Below the pieces are notes generated by a model. The model made no database searches and was not told the DNA's origin. It saw only the letters and a list, made by a program, of their open reading frames with translations. Shown here piece by piece: positions 9,740-20,025 of a DNA stretch of 64,000 bases. The position numbers and the translations under genes were made by a program. Origin of the DNA: Longimicrobiales bacterium (lineage in GTDB: Bacteria > Gemmatimonadota > Gemmatimonadetes > Longimicrobiales > Gaopeijiaceae); assembly GCA_965249725.1 (NCBI GenBank), contig CBDFMQ010000002.1, forward strand, positions 2,080,001 to 2,144,000. The letters are read 5' to 3'. Numbering within the stretch: position 1 is the stretch's first letter; each line of letters begins with the position of its first letter.

Positions 9740-12376
9740 ATGATCCGTCGAAGCCTCGTGCTCATCCCCGGCGTCAGCCTCCTCGTGATCGGGCTATCCA
9801 ACGCGCCGCTTGCCGCGCAGTTCGATTGTGAGCCCTTCTGCCTTCCCCCCTCGTACTCGCTCACTGGACCAGACCAGGTGCTGGAAGGAGACTCCGTCCA
9901 CACGGGGGATCACGCCGTCCAGTATCAGCTCGTCCACACCGCGGACGACGGAACCGAGACGCTTGTGAATCCGAGTTGGGGTGTCATGGATCCGGACGAT
10001 GTGCTACGGAGCGGGTCCCTTAACTACGCCTTCCGTGCCATCGACGACGCGGGCGTGTTCCTTGTCATGAACGCGGCGCGAACCGGAGTGGTCTACGTGA
10101 GGGCCGGTCTCTTGGTCGAGGGCGTTAGCCGTGTTCTATTCAAGCCGGTCACGGTGACACGGAGACCGCAGAAGCTGCTCGGTCTCAGCATCCCGTTCGA
10201 CGCCGACCCTCCGGCACTCGGGACCCGCTCGGTCACCCAGCTCGAGGCGGTCGCCGACTTTCGAAGCGGCCTACCCGGGGCGACACCCGCGGTCCAACCC
10301 GACGAGTGGTGGCTCGAGCAAGCGCCCTCGGACGCGTCGGTGAGTCAGACCGGGGAGCTCACCCTCGGCTGCACGCCCCAGGTCGGGTGGACGCTCAAGG
10401 CGCGCTACGAGTTCGAGGGCATCAGCAAGATCGCTCAACGGACCTTCTTCGTGTGGCCCAACGACACGATGGAGCCGGACCGCCTTTACATGACCGGGAA
10501 CTCGGCCATTCCGGAGAGCGTGATCGAGGGGCAGACGGCTCAGATGGACTCCTTGATGCTGACTCGACGCGCCAGCTTCCCGGACGACTTCTACGACGAG
10601 GCCGTTCCCGCCTCCGAGGTCCAGTGGAGTGGATCTTCGAGCTACGGGGCGATCTCCCCCTCGGGCCTCCTCTCCGCCGCGTTCTATCCTCCGGGCACGA
10701 TCTCGCCGGCGGGGACCGTGCCCGTGACGGCAGAGTACTCGGAGTGTGGCCAGACGGTGTCGAGGACCTTCGACGTTTCGGTATCGCTGATAAGCGTCGA
10801 CGAGCTGAGGATCTACGCGAACGGGTCCAGGCACGTGACCACCGAGCCCGTGGCGGGGGCCCAGAGCATCGAGCTGACGGCCCAAGCCCTCCTCCACCCC
10901 TCGCAGGGTGGAGGGAGCTTCATGGTTCCCGCGACCTGGGCCTTCCAGAGCTCGGTCGAGGGGCCCTCCCTCTCGGAGGACGGCGTGTTGACTACGCTGA
11001 GCGCACGGTGCGACGAACTGGTCGTCGTAACGGGGACGTTCCGAAATCGAAGTCGGACGGCCGGCTTTCACATGCTGCCGAGCCCGAACTCGATGAGCTC
11101 GTTCACCGTTTCGCAGTCTGGGGCTTACGAGGGCACCGTCATTACCGGGTCCATCGAGCTGGCTGGACCAGCATGTGACCCCATCACGAGCCCCTTGTCC
11201 ATCTCGACGGAACCGGTCGTCGCTCCTCCAGGCGCTCCGGTCGAGCTCGCGGGGGCGACCCAAGGGAGGTCCGTCCGGATCGAAAGAGGGGAGCGATCCG
11301 GCTCGTTCGACCTCGTCGCCTTGACCGCCGACGAAGGCATGCGAGAAGACATCGCGGTCACACGAGTCATGATCGAGGCTGCGTACGAGAATGACGTCCA
11401 GGGAGCGGACTTCGCGCTCTGCTCGACCAGCGCCACGATGTTCGCCCTGACCGCGCCCGATGGCACCACCCAACAAGAGGTGGACGAGGGCGAGACTGCC
11501 CGGGTGGCCGTGTCCTTTCCCGGGGGCGCACAGTACGCTCAATCGTGTGGACCCATGAGCATCCAGCTAGAGAGCTCCAATCCGAGTGTTGTCTCGGGGA
11601 CTTCGCTCACGCTTTCCGGCGAAGCCGAGAACATAACCGTCGAGGTTCGCGATGTATCGGAGGCGACAGAGGTGGGGATCACCGCGGTCTTGGACGGCCC
11701 GTCCTACGGCCCGGCATCGCAACCCGGGGACGCGCAGCACACCATCGTCGCGATTCCCGTCCCCTCGCTCAGCTCGATTCGCATCTCGCCCTCCATGACC
11801 TTCGAGGGTAGGCCCACGACAGTCGAGGTCTCCCTGGATGCCGCAGCTTCAGGGAGGGACATCCCGATCCGACTTGTGTCCGACGACCCCTCACTCTTGG
11901 CGGACCTCCCCCGCACAGTCATCGTGCCAGATGGAGCGCGAGATGCCACCGTGGCGTTTACAGCCCCCGAAGTGATCGAGACCCGCACCGCTACCGTCGA
12001 GGCGTTTCTCGGCGATGTGACGCTCTCTGCCACGGTCTCGATTGGGCCGTTCTCGACCCTTACGACCCTGACCGCGCGGTCGAACCGGATCATCGTCGGA
12101 CAGACCCTCGACGTCATAATCTCGCTCGACAAGGTCGCATCGACGGGCGGGCTCCGGATCGGCCTCGAGAGCAGCAACCCCGATCTGCTTCTGATCGATC
12201 GATTCGCCACGATCCCCGCTGGAGAGCAGTCGGCGGTCGTTACGGTCACCGCGGCCGCCGTTCGAGGGATGAGGGGAGGAGTGGAGGTGGTCCTGCGTGC
12301 CATTCAGGGGCGGACTGTCGTCGAGTTTACCGTGTCGGTGGAGGCACCCGGCCAAGACACTGCTACGGGAACCTAG
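9740..12376 (+). CDS. Large secreted protein with tandem Ig-like domains
   Basis: Signal peptide ending AAQ; repeated W..S..G.L and L.SSNP/SDDP..V.IP.G modules; Thr/Ser/Val-rich. Confidence 0.65.
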   Translation: MIRRSLVLIPGVSLLVIGLSNAPLAAQFDCEPFCLPPSYSLTGPDQVLEGDSVHTGDHAVQYQLVHTADDGTETLVNPSWGVMDPDDVLRSGSLNYAFRAIDDAGVFLVMNAARTGVVYVRAGLLVEGVSRVLFKPVTVTRRPQKLLGLSIPFDADPPALGTRSVTQLEAVADFRSGLPGATPAVQPDEWWLEQAPSDASVSQTGELTLGCTPQVGWTLKARYEFEGISKIAQRTFFVWPNDTMEPDRLYMTGNSAIPESVIEGQTAQMDSLMLTRRASFPDDFYDEAVPASEVQWSGSSSYGAISPSGLLSAAFYPPGTISPAGTVPVTAEYSECGQTVSRTFDVSVSLISVDELRIYANGSRHVTTEPVAGAQSIELTAQALLHPSQGGGSFMVPATWAFQSSVEGPSLSEDGVLTTLSARCDELVVVTGTFRNRSRTAGFHMLPSPNSMSSFTVSQSGAYEGTVITGSIELAGPACDPITSPLSISTEPVVAPPGAPVELAGATQGRSVRIERGERSGSFDLVALTADEGMREDIAVTRVMIEAAYENDVQGADFALCSTSATMFALTAPDGTTQQEVDEGETARVAVSFPGGAQYAQSCGPMSIQLESSNPSVVSGTSLTLSGEAENITVEVRDVSEATEVGITAVLDGPSYGPASQPGDAQHTIVAIPVPSLSSIRISPSMTFEGRPTTVEVSLDAAASGRDIPIRLVSDDPSLLADLPRTVIVPDGARDATVAFTAPEVIETRTATVEAFLGDVTLSATVSIGPFSTLTTLTARSNRIIVGQTLDVIISLDKVASTGGLRIGLESSNPDLLLIDRFATIPAGEQSAVVTVTAAAVRGMRGGVEVVLRAIQGRTVVEFTVSVEAPGQDTATGT

Positions 12377-12390
12377 AGGAGGGTCCTCGA

Positions 12391-13695
12391 TCATGGCGCC
12401 TGCCACCGATGCCCGCGCCGATCGGTGATCCCGATCACCAGGCCGGTTCCATCCAGAGCCACGACCCTCCACAGTAAGCCCGAATCCCCTGCCCGGTCGG
12501 CGAGCCACCCGGGAGCCGAATAGCTGGTGGTGCCCCGCTCCACGAGCGCCGACAGCACCTGCTCACCCTGCAGCGTGGTCACCTCCAGTCGATACAGGGT
12601 CGCCGTTGTATGCTCCAGCCAGCTGAACACCAGATCCCCTTCCCGGTCCAGCACGGTGTTGAGCATGGGCTCCAGCAACCCGAATCCCGTTTCGGGGTCG
12701 GGCCTGACGATCGCCAGCGCGTTCCCCACGAAATAGCGGAGGATCGGCATGGGGAATCCGGCGACGGCCCCGGTATGGACCAAACCGTCCCCCGCCCCCG
12801 CACTGGCCAGGTCGGTGTCCCCTTCCTTGTCGTCCGAGGCCTCGATGCGAAGGAGGATTTGGTAGAATCCCTCCAGGTCGTTCGGAATCGACTCGATAGG
12901 CGGACCCTCGAGCGTGTACTCCCCGACCGGGGGTAGGAACACGTTGAAGCGGGAGAGCTCGGTGTAGAGCTTCTGGGTTCCTCGGAGCTCCTCGGGCAGC
13001 GTCGCCTCGGTGAGGAGATCCTCGGCCGTCGGAGGCTCTTCGCCCGGGAACACGACCTCCCAGCGACCCACCAGGCGACCCGTACCGTTGTAGACGATCT
13101 TGGCCGAGAGCGGTGGGAGCTCGCCTTCGGCGTCCACCACGAGCACTTCGTCCTCGCTCGCGAAGTCAACCTGAACATCGAGCAGCGAGAACGGCACTCG
13201 CGCTCCGCCACCGGAGAGCCGGCAGGTCGCCGTCACGTACTGGTCTGGCCCCGCACTGGTGGGGTCGATGAAGCGTCTCACGTAGAAGAACTCGGACGAG
13301 GCCCCGTCTACGGCCGCCTGATACGCCCGCCTCGCCACGGAGGGCGGAATGGACATGATGTCCGTAAACCCGTCGTCACCACTGGTGGTCGAGAGGTCGA
13401 ACCGCAACGGCAGACTGCCGAAGATGGTCGTGGGATCGCACGTGTTGCCGATGTCGGGCGCGGCCGAGATGAGCTCGCCACACCAGATCGCCTCGTCGGG
13501 GACGTAACCGTCGAGGTTGCCGAAGGTCAGGAAGACCGTAGTCGCCCCTTGAGCGTTGACGTTGACGCCCGTCGGGTTGCGCGAGATCTGGCCCACGGCC
13601 GGCTGCACCGCGAAGCCGAACAGAAACGCCAGAACGAGGGCCGGCGAGGTGACGCTGATTCGCATGGTCTGATTCCAAAGCCGCTTCGAGATCAT
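12391..13695 (-). CDS. Secreted hypothetical protein with C-terminal FN3-like segment
   Basis: Signal peptide (AVG|Q); C-terminal FSW...YRLEV...LWRVVA pattern. Confidence 0.65.
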   Translation of the reverse strand: MISKRLWNQTMRISVTSPALVLAFLFGFAVQPAVGQISRNPTGVNVNAQGATTVFLTFGNLDGYVPDEAIWCGELISAAPDIGNTCDPTTIFGSLPLRFDLSTTSGDDGFTDIMSIPPSVARRAYQAAVDGASSEFFYVRRFIDPTSAGPDQYVTATCRLSGGGARVPFSLLDVQVDFASEDEVLVVDAEGELPPLSAKIVYNGTGRLVGRWEVVFPGEEPPTAEDLLTEATLPEELRGTQKLYTELSRFNVFLPPVGEYTLEGPPIESIPNDLEGFYQILLRIEASDDKEGDTDLASAGAGDGLVHTGAVAGFPMPILRYFVGNALAIVRPDPETGFGLLEPMLNTVLDREGDLVFSWLEHTTATLYRLEVTTLQGEQVLSALVERGTTSYSAPGWLADRAGDSGLLWRVVALDGTGLVIGITDRRGHRWQAP

Positions 13696-13697
13696 GT

Positions 13698-15757
13698 CTA
13701 TCTCCCCCCGAAGCCGAAGCTGAAGCCTGTGTTGACCGTCCAGTTCTTGCGGCGACTGTCGGTGTCACGCGTCCGGTCCATCCGCTCGGCTACGTTGCGC
13801 GCGTAGCGAATGTAGTACTGCCCATTGAAGCGCTCCGTACGAGGTACGGCGCCGCTCCAGTTGATGTTGATCCGCTTGTCGCTCTGTTCCTTGGTCGCAG
13901 CCTGGTCGTCCTTGAACGTGTCGGAAAACTGGATCGCGAGGGCGGAGCGTTGGATCGGCTTCCAGTTGACCCGGGCACCGAACCGGCGAGTGTTGTCGAT
14001 CTCCTCACGCTGAATGCTCTCGGCCTCTTCGAAGCCCAGGTCGAGGGACACCGAGAACTTCCGTGAGGGATTCAAGCCCAATGTGAATCCGCTCTTAGCG
14101 TTGTTCAGATCCGCGTCTTCGCGCCCTTCCTGGCGATTGTCCTGCTTCGAGAAGTTCAACTGGTAGCTGAAGTTGACCTTGCTCCAGCGCCATCCGGCCG
14201 ACGCAGTGTGATTCGTGCTGACCTGGTCGGGAACATGACCGGCGCTGAACCCGCTGTTGTCCGGAATCTCCTCGCCGAACTGTGCGTGCGCTGCATGCGG
14301 TACTGCAAGGCCGGAAGCCACGTGACCCCAGACTTCCCACGAAGGATGTTGGGGAGCGGCACGCCCACGTTGAGGCCCGTGCGCTCGGTGTTGGACTTCA
14401 GAACCGAGGCGACCTCATCCAGGTTGTCGTTGGCGTCCGAGAACGAGGCCTGAACCGCAACGCCCGCGACATCGGCCTTGATGTCGTACTGGTTCTGGAG
14501 TTGGTCGGCCCGCGCGGAAGCTCCAACACTCTTGTAGAGAGGGTCGACCCGCTGATGCTTGAAGCCGACGGAGACCCTGGCCGTCTTGCCCCCGCCGAGC
14601 TTCACACCCTTCAGCACGTCGAGGTTGGCGTTCAGGTAGCGGGCGTTCTTGGTTTCCTCACGTACGGCCACGACGTTCTGGCCTTGGTTCAACGTGGGGT
14701 CATCAGGGTTGTCGAACGTGCTCCGAGAGAAGCCACCGTCCAGCCGGAGTCGCCGACCCAGACCATTGGCCTTGAAGTTGAACCCGAAGCCGTCACTCTG
14801 CTCCGCGTCGTTCACGGCCCCCTGGTTGAAGTTGTTCTGGGGCAGCTTCGAGGCGTCGAGATAGGAGAACTCCATGCGGAGCTGTCCGGGCGTCTTCATT
14901 ACCTCTACTCCCCAACGCGCATTGAGCATGCGGTGATCGGAGTCGTTCAAGCCGACGATGTTGTCGAAGCCAACGATGCTGCTTCCGTTCGTGACACCCA
15001 CTTCGGCGTCGACACGAGAGACGGGTCGCACCGTGGCCGTCGCTCCGCGGGCACCGAACCCGCTGATGAGGTAGCGCTGGTTGCCCGTCCGGACGTGACC
15101 CACGGAGACGTCCAGCTTCTCGGAGCCGTACTTCAGGTCATAGTTCGACAGATCCAGTTTATATGCGTCCTCGCCCTTCTCGCGGAAACGCAGAGCGTTC
15201 TCCTGATGGTTGAAGCCGAGCAACATCGAGTTCAGGCCCAGCGTGAACCCCGAGTGGACCTGCTCGACCTGAAAGCTGACCTTGGTTTCCACGTCGCCTG
15301 TGACGGGCAGGTCAACGCCGGGATCGGGCTCCTTGCCCTCCCAGGGCTGGCTCTTGAAAGAGACGTCCGCTTTGGGGGTGACCTCACGGGATTGGAAGCC
15401 AATAGCACCCTCGACCCGCAACGTCTCCGAGGTGACCTCGTTCCACCCTCCAGCGGCATCGATCAGGTAGACCGTGACGGCGCTTTCACCAGACGGAAGC
15501 TCGACGACCGAGGGCGTCAGCTGCACGCCGCTGCCGGTCGGTCGGAAGAGACTCGTGAAGTCGGTCGCACCGATGAAGACGGCAACGCTCTCGTTCTCCG
15601 CATCGAGCGCACGGCTGAACGTGAGTTCGATCGGCGCGGCGGCGGCCAGAAAACCCTGCGGCGGGAGGTTCGTCGAAACCGTGAAGTCCTGCGCGGCCAC
15701 GCCTGAGGACCAGATCAGCAGTGCGGCGAAGACGCATAGTAATGAGACGGCCCACAC
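13698..15757 (-). pseudogene. Outer-membrane beta-barrel-like protein split by a 1-bp frameshift near 14282
   Basis: ORFs 14156-15892 and 13698-14321 join as RMQRTH|QFGEEIPDN if one C is added; alternating beta-strand pattern, ends GFSFGFGGR; start uncertain. Confidence 0.65.
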
Positions 15758-15873
15758 CAGTAGCGCAAGTGGAGAACCCGATGAGGCGGTCGGCGGCTTG
15801 CAGTCCTTGCGTTTATCATGTAGTGTGGGAACCCGAACAAAAACCGATAACCCGCCCACCGCAGGAGGCGACG

Positions 15874-16407
15874 ATGTCGATGACACAACCACAGCCCGCT
15901 TCGATGGCTGAGAACCTACTCGCTCAGTTCAAGCAGGAGATGGTCGCGACCAGAACCACCCTCGAGAGGGTTCCGTTCGAGAAGGCAGAGTGGGCGCCGC
16001 ACGAGAAGTCCATGACGCTCGGTCACCTAGCTGGCCACATCTCGGAGATGCCCGGCTGGGGAGCCGCCGTGATCACCACCGAGGAATACGACATGAATCC
16101 GGTTGATGGTGAGGGCTATCAGGCCGCCGAGCCGAAGTCGCTGGATGATATCCTCACCGCGTTCGACGCCGGCGTGGCGGCTGCGGAGGGGGCTCTGGCG
16201 GGGGCGTCCGATGAGGACCTCGCGGTCCATTGGAGCCTGAAGTCGGGTGGCGAAGAGGTCATGGGAGCCCCTCGGGGCGCGTTCTTCAGAGACGTAATTA
16301 CCAGCCACCTTATCCATCACCGGGCCCAGCTCGGCGTTTACCTCAGGTTGCTGGACATTCCGGTTCCTGGTCCGTATGGCCCGTCGGCAGACGAGAAGGA
16401 AGAGTAG
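15874..16407 (+). CDS. DinB family protein
   Basis: WAPHEKSMTLGHLAGH, HLIHHRAQLGVYLRLLDIPVPGPYGPSADE; AGGAGG RBS. Confidence 0.9.
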   Translation: MSMTQPQPASMAENLLAQFKQEMVATRTTLERVPFEKAEWAPHEKSMTLGHLAGHISEMPGWGAAVITTEEYDMNPVDGEGYQAAEPKSLDDILTAFDAGVAAAEGALAGASDEDLAVHWSLKSGGEEVMGAPRGAFFRDVITSHLIHHRAQLGVYLRLLDIPVPGPYGPSADEKEE

Positions 16408-16425
16408 CCACCACCCAGTCTCGGG

Positions 16426-16464
16426 GCCGGGGCCGCCGTCCATAGGGGCGGTCCCGGCTTTCTC
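16426..16464 (+). terminator. Rho-independent terminator after dinB
   Basis: GCCGGGGCCGCC/GGCGGTCCCGGC stem followed by TTTCTC. Confidence 0.65.
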
Positions 16465-16629
16465 TGTAAGCGCGGCGGCACACGTCGCTGCCGCAGGATC
16501 GGGTACACGGTGCCCTGTTTGGGCACTCTTTTCCGGGCGGTTACGCGGATGAGCGGCCAGAATCGCCTGAACCGGGCCTAGTTCGGGGTCCACTCCAGCC
16601 CCAGGGACCTGATCAACACCAGCCGTTCT

Positions 16630-16645
16630 TGGCATGAGCCTTGCG
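16630..16645 (+). promoter_or_regulatory. Sigma-54 (-24/-12) promoter
   Basis: TGGCATGAGCCTTGCG = GG-N10-GC with TGGCA and TTGC, about 100 bp upstream of the 16746 gene. Confidence 0.7.
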
Positions 16646-16745
16646 ATTGTAGATCACGGCTATCCGAGAGGTGTGCAAGAATTCGGGCTCCGAACGTCAC
16701 CCTTCGAGACAGCAGCAGAGACACATACAGGACTGGGAGGCTACG

Positions 16746-17354
16746 GTGCGGAAGGTTTACCTACTTGGACTGCTCTACATCGGCCTGAGCGTTGCGTACA
16801 TCATGAGGGCGGGGGAGCCGATGGCGATTCCTCCCGACGACCCTCCGTTCACGATCACGGTTCAGGCACAACCCGACGTCGATCCCGCGATCGATCCGGA
16901 CGACGCCGTGGCCTGGTTCCACGCCATCAAGCAGTACTGCAATCCGGTGGAGGTCGAGACCAGGGTCGGTTGGAGCCCCGCACCCCGATCGGCCGACGGC
17001 ACCGCCTATCAGGCCGCGTGCTTCGCGCTCGCCGGGCAGATCGACACGGCTCGCGAGTTGATCCTGGAGTTGCAGGAGGACCAGCGGTGGCACGCAGCCG
17101 GAGTCGTGTTCAACGTCGGCCATCCCGTTGCGGATGCCGGTGACGACCTGGCCGCCGGTCCGCTGATGGAACTGGTTGTGGAGTTCTGGCCCAACCATTA
17201 CATGGCGCTGTATCACGCCGGAGCCGCCCGGTATGCGCTCGGGGATCACGGAGCTGCACACAAGTACCTGGTGAGCTTCCTCGAGCACTACGATCCGGAC
17301 GACGGCTGGCGCCAGAGCGCTCAGAGCATGATCGCCGCGGTTGAGGCCCTGTGA
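16746..17354 (+). CDS. Membrane-anchored TPR-like hypothetical protein
   Basis: GGAGG RBS + GTG; N-terminal TM; WPNHYMALYHAG..Y.LG TPR-like helices. Confidence 0.65.
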   Translation: MRKVYLLGLLYIGLSVAYIMRAGEPMAIPPDDPPFTITVQAQPDVDPAIDPDDAVAWFHAIKQYCNPVEVETRVGWSPAPRSADGTAYQAACFALAGQIDTARELILELQEDQRWHAAGVVFNVGHPVADAGDDLAAGPLMELVVEFWPNHYMALYHAGAARYALGDHGAAHKYLVSFLEHYDPDDGWRQSAQSMIAAVEAL

Positions 17355-18343
17355 GAAACCTCATCGTCCCGGAGCGGGACGTCGGCTCGTGCGTGCTCTG
17401 CAACGGGCCCGACCCCCTCGACCTCAGCGTCTGCTTGGACTGCGCGACTCGTACAGGTGACGGTCTCGTGTTCGTGCGCCAGTCCCTCCGAAAGGTAGAC
17501 CGTGCCGGGGTCGTCCAGCGGCTGCAGCGGATTCTCCCCCCGGGAGTCGACCGGGAGGCGTTCGATCTCGCGGCAAAGGGGTATCTGCCGCTGGCATCGG
17601 TCCCTCTCCCGGCCGCCGAGCAGGTACTCGGGGTCTTCGCTCACGAGAGCATTCCCACGCATGTGATTCCCAAGCGTTGGGGTATGGCGCCCATCCCGCC
17701 GGCGTTGACGTTCACACTCCTGTCCGTGCTGGTTGGGGGCTCCCTGGTCGGCCTCCTCACGGGTCAGCTCTTCTTCCTGTCGAGCCCCGTGTATGCAGGT
17801 CTACTGTGGATCCTGGCCCAACTTCGTCTCCGCAGACCCGCGGCGTGTGAGGGCCGACGTGTCGCCTGGCTCCCCCACGCCGTCGAGGCCCGGGTCGTGA
17901 CGGCGCTGGTCAGCCTTCCCTTCGGGTCACCCCGGACGCTGCTCGCGGACGCGGTGCGCCTCGGTCGCCTATTGTGGGAGAGAGCCGCAGCGACAGGTGA
18001 TGTCGACATCGTGGCAGACACGGGGCAACTCCTGTCCATCGCAGCCGACGTCGCGACCGACCTTCATCGCATCGAAGAATCTGAACGGGTGATCGCCAGC
18101 CAGCGGGCAGAGGGCTCTGCAGCCCACATCACGAGGACCGAGGCGCTAGACGCCCTCGAGGTGTCGAGGCAACGACTCCACGACCAACTGCTCGACGTCG
18201 CGCGTGCTATGGGCGGCGCGAACCGCCGGCTTCCCGAAGCGGGGGGACAGGCCACCGAGCTGGTCCGACTGGCGGAGGCCATCGAAAGGAGTCGCTCCGC
18301 TCAGACCGGAGCCATCACCGAAGTCGAGCGACTCCTGGCATAA
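17351..18343 (+). CDS. Hypothetical membrane protein (N-terminal CxxC..CxxC, 2 TM, helical C-terminus)
   Basis: CVLC...CLDC; GTGA overlap with the previous gene. Confidence 0.6.
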   Translation: MRNLIVPERDVGSCVLCNGPDPLDLSVCLDCATRTGDGLVFVRQSLRKVDRAGVVQRLQRILPPGVDREAFDLAAKGYLPLASVPLPAAEQVLGVFAHESIPTHVIPKRWGMAPIPPALTFTLLSVLVGGSLVGLLTGQLFFLSSPVYAGLLWILAQLRLRRPAACEGRRVAWLPHAVEARVVTALVSLPFGSPRTLLADAVRLGRLLWERAAATGDVDIVADTGQLLSIAADVATDLHRIEESERVIASQRAEGSAAHITRTEALDALEVSRQRLHDQLLDVARAMGGANRRLPEAGGQATELVRLAEAIERSRSAQTGAITEVERLLA

Positions 18344-18423
18344 CCCCGCCCGCAGTTGACATGCGGGCCCGAACGGCTAACTCCTTGGATCGTCTGGCAG
18401 GGGACCTTCGTGAGGAGTTAGCA

Positions 18424-20025
18424 ATGACGCGCACATCCGGTGGCCGGTGGTGGCCTGTCGTTTCCACCTTGTTGCTCGCCGGATGGGGCTGCTCCCCTGC
18501 GGGCGACGCCGTCCCGAGGGCCGGCACACCCGACCTACGCGCGGCCCTCTTCGACTCGATCATATCGCTCACGGCCGCCCGCGAGGCGTTCTCACCTCCC
18601 AAGGAGGAGCACTGGGGCTTCGATCCGCTCGAGTCCATGTCGGCGTTGCGAGATGAGTTGATAGCCGCGGACACGGAAGAAGCTCTCTTCTATGCACTCG
18701 AGAAGTTGAGCAACGCCCGGAACGACCGGCACCTTAGCGTGAGCCTGGTTCCCGGCGGGCTTCGGCTCGCACAGTCCGCGGGGGTGGATGGGGGAGAAGG
18801 GCCGGCACCTCACGCCCCGGTGCGCATCCTTCCCGACTACAGCGACCCCACGGTGTATTTCGTGGCTGATGTGTCGGAAAACGCGGAGCATTTCCCTGAA
18901 GGACAGGCCCAGCCCGGCGATCACGTGCTTTCCGTGAACGGGTTTCCGATGGCCCAGTACGAGGAACTGATGCGACCGTACCAAGCGTCCTCGTTCAGGC
19001 CCAACCTGCGGTGGCGGTTGGCCGAAGACATCAGCGCCCGAACCGCCATAGTGCCGCCTTCGTTCTACGGAGACGCTCTCCAGTTGGAGCTCGAGGGCCA
19101 GGACGGAACCGTGAGAGCGGTGACCCTCCCCTACCTACACCCCGATTCCATCCCGTGGGAGAACCTCGCGGAGCCACACTACCCGGGATTCGCGCTGGAG
19201 CACTCGACGCCGACGTATGACCTCTACCTGCCCGAGGATGGTTCCTCCGTCTTGGTCCTGACGTGGTACGGCTTTCGAGAGACGATGATCGCCGATGTCG
19301 ACGAACTCATGGAGTTGGCCGCGGCAGGAGACTGGCTCGACTACGACCTCATCATCGACGGCACGCGGAGCCGGGGAGGCTCGGCCGGCGCCTACGCGGT
19401 ACAGCGGTTCACGTCGAAGCCCTTCAAGACGACCTTCGGCAACCTCCGAGTCAGTGACGTCGTACCGATCTTCACCGAGCAGAAGCGGGCCGAGATCGCC
19501 GAGGGAGGATCGTTGGACTCGGGTGTGCAGGAGGCCATGGATGACGGGTCCTGGCTCATGGAGTGGCTCGACACCGACGTGGCCGATTCAGTGGCATCCG
19601 GGGCGATGTATACGAGCAACGTGCCGTTCAAGCTGGCCCACGCCTCCAAGGACTCGGACGGGGTGCTGCAGCCGGCACCTGTCCACTTCCGGGGTCGAAT
19701 GGTGGCCTTCTTCGTCCCACGAAGGGGATCTCACCTGGACCAGTTCGCCTCGATCATCAAGGACAACGCGCTCGGACACATTATCGGGATGACCCCCGGC
19801 GGCTACAGCAACACCTGGGAGTGGGAAGAGGTGCTGTACTTTCCCGGAACGGATCAGCCGGTCGCTCAGTTCATGTGGGACATCGGCCACACCATCCGCC
19901 CGAACGGCGAGATCCAGGAGGGCAACCCGGCCCAGCCCGACGAACTCGTTCAGCTCACGAGAGAGAACTTCCGAACGTTCTACCCCGAGTTGGTGCGACG
20001 CGCGGTGAGGCACCTGGGTGGCTGA
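18424..20025 (+). CDS. Lipoprotein with PDZ-like and S41-peptidase-like regions
   Basis: Lipobox-like LAGWGC; QPGDHVLSVNG (PDZ); IID..RGGS, GSHLDQF, IG..PGG, EGNP..PD. Confidence 0.6.
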   Translation: MTRTSGGRWWPVVSTLLLAGWGCSPAGDAVPRAGTPDLRAALFDSIISLTAAREAFSPPKEEHWGFDPLESMSALRDELIAADTEEALFYALEKLSNARNDRHLSVSLVPGGLRLAQSAGVDGGEGPAPHAPVRILPDYSDPTVYFVADVSENAEHFPEGQAQPGDHVLSVNGFPMAQYEELMRPYQASSFRPNLRWRLAEDISARTAIVPPSFYGDALQLELEGQDGTVRAVTLPYLHPDSIPWENLAEPHYPGFALEHSTPTYDLYLPEDGSSVLVLTWYGFRETMIADVDELMELAAAGDWLDYDLIIDGTRSRGGSAGAYAVQRFTSKPFKTTFGNLRVSDVVPIFTEQKRAEIAEGGSLDSGVQEAMDDGSWLMEWLDTDVADSVASGAMYTSNVPFKLAHASKDSDGVLQPAPVHFRGRMVAFFVPRRGSHLDQFASIIKDNALGHIIGMTPGGYSNTWEWEEVLYFPGTDQPVAQFMWDIGHTIRPNGEIQEGNPAQPDELVQLTRENFRTFYPELVRRAVRHLGG

